Below are positions 12,690-24,777 of a stretch of 64,000 nt of DNA, in pieces; position 1 is the first letter of the stretch; the number at the start of each line of letters is the position of its first letter. The stretch is from Eledone cirrhosa. Taxonomy: Eukaryota. The stretch is from assembly GCA_964016885.1 (NCBI GenBank), contig OZ024743.1, positions 240,560,001 to 240,624,000 on the forward strand. Direction: 5' to 3'. The translations under genes and the position numbers were made by a program. The notes below the pieces were generated by a model. That model ran no database searches. It saw only the letters and a list, made by a program, of their open reading frames with translations, and had not been told where the DNA came from.

Positions 12690-15600
12690 TAACTTTGATA
12701 GGTTTCAGCCAGTATTGGCCCAGGCCATGTCTAACTTAATAGCACCATCTAGTAAAGTCTTTCAAATCAGGATTTGGACACAATGGCCCACTCAAATAGA
12801 GAGTTATTGTTTACGGAAACATATCCGGGTGTAGGAGGTTTAACCAGGATTTCTTGAAGGAATTTGTCCAAAGACATCTTTGAATTTTATGTTTCTGCTG
12901 TAATGCGTTTTGCTGTAATGTTAAAGAGAATGGGACCAATTGCGGTGAAATAATTGTGCTGCAATGTTTATATGAGATGCGAGTTTGTTTTTTGTTGTGG
13001 GTGGATAGCATGGGGCCCAAAACTTTGGGCAATGCTGATGTAATTTTTTCAACATCATGCTGATAATGTAGTGCTCACCGTGGCATTGGAGAGAGAGAGA
13101 GTAAAGTTTGAACTTTTCTATTTGACGCCAATAGTTAAGGCCTGTTATGCTATCTATCTGTTTTGTGATTGACCTTTCAGGTGCTTCAACTTTCATGATA
13201 CTTTGTTTCATGAAGGGAGACTACAGAGAACAACAGTATTTTGGAGTCTGGCAAAAGTAGAGAAAACAAGGATAATGATGTGGATATCTCTCGACTGGAA
13301 AGTTCTGGATCACATTCTGCGGGCCATGTCAACTTTGTTGTTTTTATATGTGGCCAAGCTTATGGTGTTGTCAACAATTACTCCCAAGTCTCTGATGTTA
13401 TTTGATGCCATGAGGGTTTCACCTGAGGGAAAGAAGTATGGAAGTTTCAATATATCCTCTTTTCCAAAGTGGATTAACTCAAATGTATCCTCATTCAGCA
13501 GCGTATTGTTCTTTTCTGCCTATTGGATAACAGCAAGTAGATCTGATTGATGATATGTCCAATCTCCCATTCCATTGATGACCTTTTGGAGTTTGGAATC
13601 ATCTGCAAAGAATCTTAATGATATGAAAGGTCGGTAAGATCAGACAGTAATTCACTGCAAAAGACTTGTTTCCTTTTTTGAAAACTGGGACAGAAAGTTT
13701 TCAGGTATATTGTCAGTGTCCAGTGAGTTACTCCACAGATTAGCTAGAGGAGATGCAAGTTGGTGTCAACACACCTTCAGGACATTAACAGGGAACCTAT
13801 CAGGGCCTACTGCTGAGTTGTGTTTAATTTCATTTATTGCCACTAAGACATCAGGGGTGTCAAATGTTATGTCTGATATAGTGTGTTGGGGATTAACATC
13901 ACTGATACAGCCCAGATCGACCATATCAGGATTACTGAAAACGGAGCAGTATTGTTCCTGCAGTATCTCACTCATGGTTTTAGCATTATCTTGGAGAGTG
14001 CCATTTTCATCAATTAGAGGGCCAATGGTGGAGACAATAACCTTGTGTTGTTTCGCAAATGTAAAGAACACTTTAGGAATAAGTTTGATTTTCTCAATGG
14101 CCCATTCCTTCTCAGCTGTTCTTTGGTTATTGATGATGGTTTTCCTTCATTGTTGGAGATTATATTTCTTATTCAAGCAGTGAGATAGAAGTTGAATGTG
14201 TCTGTTGCTGTTGGCAGAATTTTAGTTTAATGATTTTTTAGTTTGTTCGTTTTATTTTTCTGATAATATTTTTTTTCTGTTTTGTGAGTTTTGTTCACAA
14301 ATCTTGGTGAGGGCATGTTTTGCACATATGTTTGTGACTGTGTCTACAAATATCTGCGAAGATGTTTTGATGTTGGTGGTGATGTGTGCACATGTGAAAG
14401 ACCAGTCAACATGTGATTGATCGTTAGTGATTGCATCTTAACTGGCATTATAAAGATCCATGTTATTAAATGGGTGAGCTGGAGAGAGATCATTGGGTTT
14501 AGTGTTCAGCTAGTGGAATCTCAGGTTACAGAGAATCATATCGTGGTCTGATTAAACACTAGGTCCAAAATGTTTTTCTGATATCTTGTTGGTGCAAGGT
14601 CAAGCCGGGACAAGAAAATCTCATCTATAAAGTAAAGAAGTGACTACTGCTGCTTTTTCAGTGGTTGAAGTGGAAGTGTCTGGTTTCAAACTGTTTGTAG
14701 ACTAATCAACACAGGGTAGATTGAAGTCTCCTACCATTAGTATGTTACCAGAATGGCACTGTTGTATAAAACACTTAATGCTGTTGAGGTATTCTTTAAA
14801 ACACAGTATGGGTGTTTGGGGTGGACTATAGAGCCAGCTACTATCAGGTCATTGGCTTTGTTGTGCATAGTGATAGATTCACAGTAGCCATTGGAGAATA
14901 TGATATTTCTGTCTGTCATAAACAAATCATGCAAGAAAATGGCAGTTCCTCCCTTCCTTCTGCTGACACAATCCGATCCAGTGGATGGTTGTAAAATTCC
15001 TCACTTTCACTTCGGCTTCCAAGTGGGAGTTGTCAAGATGTGTCTCAGTTAGAATGAAGAAAGGGATGTGGTGTAGAGGGTTACCAACCCAATCCTTATT
15101 GTATTGGACCTTCCATTTTTGTGTATTGATTGAAGAGTTGACACCTTGTACATTGAGTAGAAGTGTTGAGGGTAGAGTAGTGGCTGGTTTTGACTGTTAC
15201 TGGCGGCTTGTTTTGTCTTTGCTTGTCAATGACAGCAATGGGGGGTATTAGTGCAGGTTAATAGCATAGGATGGTGTTGTTTGATAGGTAGAAATTTTTT
15301 TTGTATCTCTTTTGCCAGATCCATCATGGCTAAAAAAGAGTTTTCTTGCTTAGGGAGCTGTTGCTGACTGAAGGTGTGGTTGCATTGTTGGATAAGGTTA
15401 TAGTTTCCACTTTTGGTTGTATTTTTGGTTTGGTTTTTGTAGCTTCGTTAAAAATTTGGACCAGCAATACTGCAGCAGGGGGTGATTTTTGTAGTTTAGG
15501 TGTTGACAGATTTTAGGATTCCGTGTTATGTTGACGTTATTGTGAGATGTGTGTTTTGGCTTTAGCTGGTAGTGTTCATATGAATTGTGAGTCTTGCCCC

Positions 15601-15760
15601 AGGTAGATGCGTGTAACTGCCATCACTGCATGTGCAAAGCCTCAGGAGTAGTGAATAATGGCATATTTGGGTTTTTTTTGTTTGTGCTGAGAGGGGTGCA
15701 TTCTGCTTCATAGATTTTGACAAGTTTTTCATAGTACTGTTATGGTAATCCATAACCTAA
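12690..15760 (-). mobile_element. Degenerate CR1/Jockey-group LINE (ORF1 remnant, APE endonuclease, internally deleted RT)
   Basis: FILTETHL (APE), SAVGPDRFPVNVLK, FFADDSKL (13590-13612), IRDLGVIVD, and a C-terminal LNYW..LYSL region. Confidence 0.85.
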
Positions 15761-16344
15761 ACTGCATATATAACATATATATATTTGTGACTAATCCCGG
15801 TCTTTTTTTTTTAAAAACTGCGATAATATTGCTATTTTGCTGAACTCCTTACGTTTGTAGAGTTTTTTTTCGGAATGTTTTTTTGACTGCTGTTTCCTGT
15901 AAACAGACATTCGTCTCATTCTGACGTCACCAGCCATGTTCTCCATGTGCGTTTATTTTCATAATTACGCATGAGTTGAACTAGCCTGCTTTTAAATTCC
16001 CTTTTAGGCATATTTCTGGCAGTGGTTTAGGGTTATCGTGTTGCGCTCTACTGAGGAACGACTCCAACCGTGACCATCCCCACTGAAAGTTTCGTGAAAT
16101 AGTCTTTTTAAGACTATATAGAGCATTTGAAGTTTTTCCAAATTGAAGGATGAGTATTTAAACTTTATTTTATTCAGAGTTAAGGCTCTGTCTTGATTTT
16201 TTTTTAATTGAGTTTGAATTATTTTCCCACATCTTACGTTAATTATATTCCATTTTGACGTTATAGTCACTTGTATGTTATGAAATACTGTCGGCTTCAC
16301 GCTCACAATAATTTCTATACTTTCATTTATATATATATATACAT

Positions 16345-17458
16345 AGATTTTACATGTGGCCGGTGCTCTGGTGCAATAAGTAGCAGCAAGTGCCCACAAA
16401 ATACTAGCTCTTTCAATTGCGCAGAGGGTTCTATAGAAATAGTGGACAGCTTCCGTTACCTGGGCGATAATATCAGCAGTGGGGGAGGGTGCTCTGAAAG
16501 TACTGTAGCTAGAGTCAGAACTGGTTGGAAAAAGTTCAGAGAGCTTATACCACTATTAGCTGCTGAAGGGTTCTCCCTAAAAATGAAAGGCAGGTTGTAC
16601 GATGCCTGCATACGAACAGCAATGTTGCATGGCAGTGAGACCTGGGCATTGTGTGCAGAGGATATACGCAGACTAGAGAGGAACGAAGCTTGCATGCTCC
16701 GCTGGATGTGTAACAGTAATATACGTGAACGGCAAAGCATAAACGAACTAAGGAAAAAATTAGAGATAAGAGGGATCAGATGTTGTTTACTCGAGAGAAG
16801 GCTACGTTGGTATGGACACGTGATGCGCATGAAAGTCGATAGCTGTATAACAAAGTGCAGGGCAATAAAGATAGACGGTAGCCACGGAATAGGCAGACCT
16901 AGAAAAACCTGGGACGAGCTGATAAACTCCGACCTCACACACTTACACCTCTCCAAGACAATGTCACTGGACCGAGACCTTTGGCGGTACTCAGTAACAG
17001 AGAAGACCCGCCTTACCACCGAGACCTTTGGCGGTACTCAGTAACAGAGAAGACCCGCCTTACCTAAATATATAGTAAAACCTACTCCAGCCAGTAGGCA
17101 TCTCTAACAAAATACACCCCGTCCCACCACCACCACCCCCACCCCATCCACACCACCCCGTTCTATGTAAAGTTATGTTGGTGCCACGCCATCCAGGCCG
17201 AAACAAATGAGATCGTGTAGGTGTTACGACAAAAAAACACACAGTCCACGCTGTAATGTGGCCGTGTAGGCAACACGGTAAAAACCTCCCAGACCCACAC
17301 CGTAAATGTGGTTGGTGTTAGGAAGGGCATCCAACTGTAGAAAACCTGCCAGACAGTCCTATGCGAGCAAGACAATCACTCTTGCCTCAAGTGGGACTAC
17401 CCCGTCCAAACCCATGCAAGCGTGGAACACGGACGTTAAACGTTGATGATGATGATGA

Positions 17459-17462
<4 letters not shown>
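16345..17462 (+). mobile_element. Young RTE LINE, 5'-truncated (ORF2 C-terminus and 3' UTR)
   Basis: ORF 16271-17044 has FRYLGD..GWKKFREL..MLHGSETW..RRLRWYGHV..GRPRKTW; ~47-bp tandem duplication at 16971-17064; (GAT)n tail; TA on both sides. Confidence 0.95.
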
Positions 17463-17527
<65 letters not shown>

Positions 17528-18194
17528 CATATATATATACATATATGATTAAGGATGGTATCCTGAAAGGGATCTGGATATAACCACAATTGAATTAAAA
17601 CTCTCACAACCCAGTGATGTAGCTACAATGGGGATAGTAAAGGTTACCTCTATAAAAGCCTACTCTTCGCATATCTGAGATGAGCCCCAAATTTGATACT
17701 GGCGTGAATGTGACCACAAAATACTGCAATATAGTCTGAAACAGTAAAGACATCCATACTATATCATCTTTTCATGCAGGATAACAAGGGACATGTTCAA
17801 GCTTTAGGTAGAGGGCCTGATTGAAAAATATATTGTAGTCTCCACCTAATGCTGGAAGGACTGGTACTGGGCCTACAACCTTTCCTGGGAGGCATGGGAA
17901 AGCCATCCCTAATTATATATATATGGGGAGATTTTTTTAAGGAATATTCAAAAAAAAAATCGCCCCACCGAAGTTAACAAAGAACTCACTAGATCTACAA
18001 AACCAAATTGTAAAATTATAATATAAAATTAAATTAAATTGTTTAGAATTATAAGTGAGGTCATTCTTTTCCTTTATATATATATACATAATAATTCAAG
18101 AAAGAAGAGTGACATGGTTCGCTATACAATAAGGGCTACATCTAAGTGGACTGCCTATAACGATAACCTGTTATCCCGTATATATATATATATA

Positions 18195-18676
18195 TGTACA
18201 GCCACCGGTAATAACATCTGTGAAATAAACAGCTCCATCTATCTGCTTAGCTAGCTACCTTACCATGAAACAAACAACCCTTAAAGCCACCAAAATAAAA
18301 CGCCTACGAAGCGGCTAAACATCAAACGATTATTTTTGTATAAATAGAGTGGTTCCAAACACTTTCGCCAGTCGACCTTTGGCAGAGTCAACTCGCGTAT
18401 TGTTGTTCCTCTCCTCTGCCACACTTGTTACTCACACACGCCTTGTACCTCTGTATCGTCGCTTCATTTATGAAAATAAATAGATGACCGAACTACATCT
18501 CTCGCCTTGCTCATCGTTTCAACTTGTGCTTTCATCTGTTCATCCTTATCGTATGAGACAACAGTCCTTTTAAGGGCTACCCTCAGATCTAATCAGACCG
18601 TATGCGATAACAGTCCTTTTAAGGGCTATGTACGGAGCTGATCAGAAGTAGTGACCAGACTGACTAACCACGTCGC

Positions 18677-18680
<4 letters not shown>
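18195..18680 (+). mobile_element. Probable solo LTR in (TA)n
   Basis: TGT...ACA termini, TATAAAT at ~18339, AATAAA at ~18475, TA tracts directly on both sides. Confidence 0.65.
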
Positions 18681-18707
<27 letters not shown>

Positions 18708-19315
18708 CTTTAGTGCTACTGGTAACATGTAACCCTGTACAACCTGTCACATGGTCGGGTCATCAGCAACTAAACCGGCAACCCCACCAAGTTTACTTGG
18801 TGAGGAGGGTGATTTTGGACACCCTGCAGGACAAAAAACAAAACCTGACGAAGGGCGGAAGAACTCATAAGAGTCAACGGCCATCCAAAAGTGTGTAAAT
18901 ATGTATATACACATGTACATATATATGTATATGTGTATATGCATGGGTGCATGTGTATGTATATGTGCAGGGACATAGAAATAGTCGGGCTGGACACCCA
19001 ATTGCGCGGTTAAACCACTGGGAGTGAAGAACCCCTAGCCTTTGTCAGGGCATTCTTCTAGGAGAAGGCAACTCAGGAAACTGGGATAAGTCTGATATAA
19101 AACCTGCTGCTCAGTAGTTACCGATGATGTTGATCTTTTCTTCTTTTCGGGTTATAGCTACTGTCGCTTAGAGAGTGGGTTTGGCTCAGTGCACAGTCTT
19201 TCCTCACTTTAAAAAATATCTTCATGCACAGGCATTGCACGATAGAATTAATTAATAATTATTAATAATGGTATATCGTGCAATGGCCATACTCGATAAT
19301 GAGGGGGCAGCCATC

Positions 19316-19359
<44 letters not shown>

Positions 19360-19559
19360 CAATAAAAAAATATTTATGATGGTAATATTAGTGAAGGTTG
19401 GGTTAAAACGAAGGAAACTATGACAGTTTGTAATGTAAGAGGAGAATACTATCACAGTAATTTTATATTAGTAAAAGGTGACAGCTTTGTAGGTGTGCCA
19501 GGTAAAGCAGCCATTTACTGAACAGCTGGTCAAGGTGTAAGTTCATTTGGATGAACACA

Positions 19560-19845
19560 TACTGCTTTTATTCTACATCTAATTCTACTACTACCACCAC
19601 CAACACCACTACTACCACATTCACAACTACTGCTAATATTATCACAACTACTACTACTATTACCATTGATACTACTAATACTACCACCTCCACAAATAAT
19701 ACTACCACTACCCCAACTAATACTTCCATTACCACAACTAATTCTACTACTACTACAATTACCACTACATATACTCATTCCCACTATGGCTAATACTACC
19801 ACCACCACAACTAATATTACCACTACTACTACTACTACCACAATT
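19560..19845. repeat. (ACT/ACC)n low-complexity tract
   Basis: Degenerate trinucleotide repeat; source of the poly-Thr and poly-Val pseudo-ORFs. Confidence 0.9.
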
Positions 19846-19990
19846 AAATGCTGCAAATATAATATTTCTTTTTCCCCCTCTACCTCTTTATACATTTATT
19901 TATCCATTGCTTTCACTCATGTGTTAATGTGTGTATGTTTGTGCAGGTATTTGTGTGTATATGTTGTGGGGTGTGTATTTATCAATCTAC

Positions 19991-20020
<30 letters not shown>

Positions 20021-20026
<6 letters not shown>

Positions 20027-23000
20027 TAGGAATAACCAAAGAGTGCTTAGAAATACATTGTTTTATTAGCTAACAGTGTTTCATCCATACTCCATGGGAG
20101 GAATCATCAGAGCCTGTAAACAAGAGTATATCAATAGTTGCATGCTCCATCGAGCTGCGTCACCAGAACAAGGTTAAAGAACCAGCAGGGGGGTCCCAAG
20201 GCCAGCGCTATCACAAGCCAGATGAAACACTAACATACGTGAATGCAAATTCCAACCACCCTAGACCCGTCTTAAATGCCATAATTAAAGGGGTATCTAA
20301 TAGGATTAGCAGACTATCACATAATGAGCATGCATTTAGGTCTAAAGCAAGGTACTATAATAAAGCACTAGCAAAGTCCGGTTTTAGAGAAAAAATATAC
20401 TACATACATACATAACAATCCCCAAACCACCAGGGCCAGACAATATAATGTAATCACACACAATATGGCTTTGCCTAATAGAAGCGGACACAAAAATAGG
20501 AACTACACGGGTACTGTAGGCGGCTCTGACCAACCCCAATGGACTCCATTTGACACGCCTCATCGGTATGGCAATAATACTAACACTAGGATAAAAGCTA
20601 GAAAATTGAAGTACAATAGGAAAGACAGGGAAGCCAGTGAACCCCTCCGGGTAAGGTTACCACCACAGGTTCTTCCTACCACGGAAGATGGGTTGTCTAT
20701 GCCCGGGGCCAACTCTTCCCCTAGTACGAAAAATAGAAAAAATAGATGAAGATCTAATTCCTACTTTAATCCACCTGACAACTCGGAGGTATCAACCAAT
20801 ATACCAAAGGCATTCTTATCGATCTTGGAAAAAACTCCCCCCCCCCCCCCCCGGTAGTAAATACCATAGCATCATTAATAAAAACACAATTAAGCTATCA
20901 TTCTCCACCACTCCAAATCTAGCTCGTCAGCTAGCCATAACAAACAACAACAAAATTAGAAAGGGTTTCGATACCATTGCAGCTGCGGCACACTCGCAAC
21001 CACTAGATGGACCTGATGCAGCGTCACCCCAGCAATACTATCCACACATCTGATGTACGGTTGCCAAATCTGGAACGCACGGAAAAACAAACATCTCCTG
21101 TGCCGCAGACTCACATACACCGCAAATGTAACTGCAGACGAAAGGCCTTATAAACAATATTGTCTACGCATGTGATGTTACAACTCGGACTTCCTCCAAA
21201 ACATATATAGGGTCTACATCGACCCCTTTTAAGACTAGATACAACTCCCATCGCTATACATTTAGACACGATAGGCTTAAGAATACTACATCCCTAGCTA
21301 GTTACATATCCCACCTGAAGAACACTGATATTCAATACACGCTTGATTGGAGAATCATCACTAAATCATCGCAGTACAGACCCCCTAGTAAGACCTGTGA
21401 CCTTTGTCTCTTTGAATCACACGCCATAATACACTCCAAACTGAACCTGCTAAATAGGAAGTCGGAGATATTCTCTTCTTGCCCGCACATAAATCTTAGT
21501 TCCTTCTATTACTTTAGACCAATTAGCTAACGCTGTAGGACCTGCATACCTCCATCCTGTCTGGCCTACGTAAAACCATGCCGCACTGCATCCTGGTTCC
21601 TTTGTGATGATAACTGCCCTTCAGGTGTTTATAGACTACTCTAATATTTCTTCTCTTCTCCGCCCTCTCTTACTTTTCTTCCTCTCTTCCCTAGTTCATT
21701 TTATTGGACCACAAGCCAAGAACCCTTAGGGTAGAACCTACTTAAGGCTTTTCACTATACCCAGCACAGTTTGACCCTATATAGGCACCTACCCACACTA
21801 ACCATATTAATATGGTTTATAAACACACCCATTGTGCGCTAACTGATAGCACAGCATAATAGCCTGTCAAAAGCCCAGAAAACCCCGCCGCAGCTATAAA
21901 GCGGGTGAATTGGGCACCCGGGGTCCAGTTAACCTTAACCCTAAAGTGTGTGGTAGATCTAACAGTATAGTGAACTATAGCAGCAAATCATGTGGGCTAG
22001 GTGCCGCTGAATCGATCAAGCCCCGGGGGGGGGGGGGGAAGGGATAGTTGATCACTGAGGGATTTGAATCAAACAAAAGACTCGCCCCTAGCATCCCGTT
22101 GGATATCTAATGAATCCGCCCTTTATGACGCGAATTGCCTCCCATACTTTTCATAAGCACACTATGACTTCCAGTGTTTATATTCGGACTACCGTTATGT
22201 GTTACTAGTGAGACACTAACCTTTGAAAGTTGGAATTAGTTGAATATGAATTGTGATCCAGCTTTGATGAATTATAGAACCACACTCAAGGCAAAGTGCA
22301 ACACTCGATATTGAACTCCGGCCGACCCAGGAGGGGCCACACCCGACTGTGAATGGATTGCAACCTCCGGAGTCAATAATCTAAACGAAAACCACGTGGC
22401 GGACATATAAATAACATAGCTGTCATTGACAGGTTTGGCCGTGAGTTCTCTCTTCTATATATATTCTACAGAAATTTGCACTCACTCTAATAAACCCGCC
22501 TATTATTATAACAATATCTGCTCACTCTGCCATATGTGATTCTGGAAGCGGAGTTTCCTATATACACCTTCTCTCTATGTAATGAGATAGCCATCATGAT
22601 GTACATTTACTGTGGTATAGTTGTATACAGTACGACACATTGGTTGGACGCCAACATGGACATACAGTGAATTTCACCTGGGACGTTGAGTTGAGCGACC
22701 GAATGTGGGGACTTTGGGGAATACCAGTTATTGCGGACCTGGCGTGTTTTCAATTTCCTCACATGTGTGCCGGCTGTACATGTACCATACATTTCTTTAA
22801 CTCATCGTACTTTCTTTTATTTTTTTATTTTAGATGTTAGGTGTATATCCCAGACCGCCTATGGTGATAAATCCCCTGGGTATAGGTTTTTGGAAAAATA
22901 GTGTTATCTCACTTAACGTTCGGAACTGGAACACATCGATGTGGTTCGTAGGGTGCTGATATGATAAGGAGAATCGACTTATTACAAGGCGATATAATTG

Positions 23001-23770
23001 GAGTACACCATCCCTCATATGAACTATCATACATGTAAGGCTGCAGCACTGCTAACCAACTATTCTTCTCACAGACTCATGCTTGCAAACTCTCTTAATC
23101 TGCCTATACACCCTGATTTTACACTGCTTGTGCTTTGATGTATCTATGCTTTGCTTTGATTTGTTTTATATTTTGGGGTGTTTTCGGGCTTTTTGTTCCT
23201 TATTGTTTTATATTTTTATATTTATCTCTTTTGTTATCCCTGTATTTTTGTACGTTTTTATTATTTTTTTTATTGTTTCTGATCATGCTGAGTAATACCT
23301 TCACTCATCCCTTGCTACCCTCTCCCAACCTCTTTATCATCTATTGCACCATTTAAGTGATAAATTTTTGGTGTGATTTTTAATTTTTGATGCAATTTTT
23401 TACGACATTTTATGACATTATGTGCATCATGTATTCTGTCTTTTTCCATATAACGCTGGCCTCGGGACCCCCCTGCAGGTCCTTTAACCTTGTTCTGGTG
23501 ACGCAGCTCAATGAAGCATGCAACTATTGATATACTCTTGTTTATAGGCTCTGATGATTCCTGCCATGGGGTATGGATGAAACACTGTTAGCTAATAAAA
23601 CAATGTATTTCTAAGCACTCTTTGGTTATTCTAAGCACTCTTTGGTTATTCCTATAACTATAACGGCTCTGTAGTATACTAGTTATCCTACGCCGAGCTA
23701 AAACCACACTGTCATACCAAGGGCAATATATCTGCGTGTCTGGTCATATTGATATATTTGTCAACAAAAC
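20021..23770 (+). mobile_element. 5'-truncated Penelope-like element: inverted pLTR, RT C-terminus and GIY-YIG relic, ~1.9-kb non-coding region, pLTR and tail
   Basis: YVNANSNHPRPVLNAII..RISRLSHNEHAF..YNKALAKSGF (20235-20400); NIVYACDV..KTYIGSTSTPFKTRYNSH..CDLCLFESHAII..LLNRKSEIFSSCPH (21155-21530). Arms 20021-20211 and 23450-23660. Confidence 0.92.
23541..23599 (+). ncRNA. Type I hammerhead ribozyme (mirror copy on minus strand at 20062-20120)
   Basis: GCT-CTGATGA-T-TCC..GGA-T-GAAAC-ACT-GTT-AGC; stem I GCT/AGC extends to TTTA/TAAA. Confidence 0.75.
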
Positions 23771-23790
23771 TATATATATATATATATATA

Positions 23791-24775
23791 ATATAATAAA
23801 ATAACAGGAGGCTGGACTTGTGTAAATCCTTGAAAGGTTTATTATACTATGATCATTTCAATCACCGGGTTCCATATGAATCCGGTGATATCATCAGGTA
23901 TTCGAAATATAATAAATGAATGTAACAGATAAAATCCATGGGGCTGAAAATCATAGACCCAAGGACGACCGACCATCTAGCATCTTCCACTTTAGCTGTT
24001 CGCCCTCAAGTGCTGCCCATTCGGCCTACTTAAGGCTATCTAGTGAGGGGGCTAAAGCTTATAGTGTGCTACTAACCTCCCAGTCAAAGAGAAGAAAAAC
24101 AGAAAGGAAGAAGAAAAGTCAGCGTTAATGTCATGATACAAGAAAAAAGACAGAAAGAAAGAGGAAGAAAAGTCAGCATTAATGCCATGCTACAGTCAGG
24201 CCAGGAATTGCCGTGAAAAAAGTTATTCTAAAGGACCCGTATCTTAACAGGTATATATTATAACAGAGGTATATATAGTGGGGTTCTGCATGGTATAATG
24301 TGTGAGCAGAAGATTGGAACGTTAAATTTTGTTTAGATTTATAGGATGAAGTTAAAAAAATTAAAGATTAACATTATAAAATTAAAACATTAGAAAATTG
24401 AAATTTAAACAGTTTAAAAACATTTTAAGGTTTTGGGTTGCGAGGTTTAGTTAAAGAAAGAGTCTTTTATGAAGAAACTTTAATTGTATTATAGAGATCC
24501 TCTATAAGTTATCCGAGTGGGATGTAGAGTAAAGATTGTGTCCTTGTTTAGCAGTCAAACAGACTGCGGCGACTGTAGACTCCGGCCAGCCCATCCTAAC
24601 CACGTCTCAGCCATTCCGAGTGAGATCGCCTAGCGAAAGATAGGAAAATCGATTTTTCCAAGCACTCTAGGAATGTATTCCAGGCTTCAGGTGTGCATGT
24701 GAATAAGCACTATTTGAAAAGCATTAGAAATGCACAACCGGTAAAAACTTAAAACTAAATACTAACTAATACTTA
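23791..24775 (-). mobile_element. PLE 3' end (second family), tail-to-tail with the previous element
   Basis: Ends in a hammerhead plus AATAAA at a TA tract; upstream coding signal is only weak. Confidence 0.55.
23844..23901 (-). ncRNA. Type I hammerhead ribozyme
   Basis: ATAC-CTGATGA-T-ATCACCGGATTC-loop-GAACCCGGTGAT-T-GAA-ATGATCAT-A-GTAT; palindromic stem III. Confidence 0.8.
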
Positions 24776-24777
24776 TT

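Noticed and set aside
15785-16300. Possible mariner-type end and 131-aa ORF
   Set aside because: No clear transposase motif or paired terminal repeat
19530-20073. Mucin-like poly-Thr and poly-Val ORFs
   Set aside because: Degenerate (ACT/ACC)n microsatellite without splice or context support
21929-21945. Telomere-like TTAACCCTAA
   Set aside because: Fewer than three units; not an interstitial telomere array
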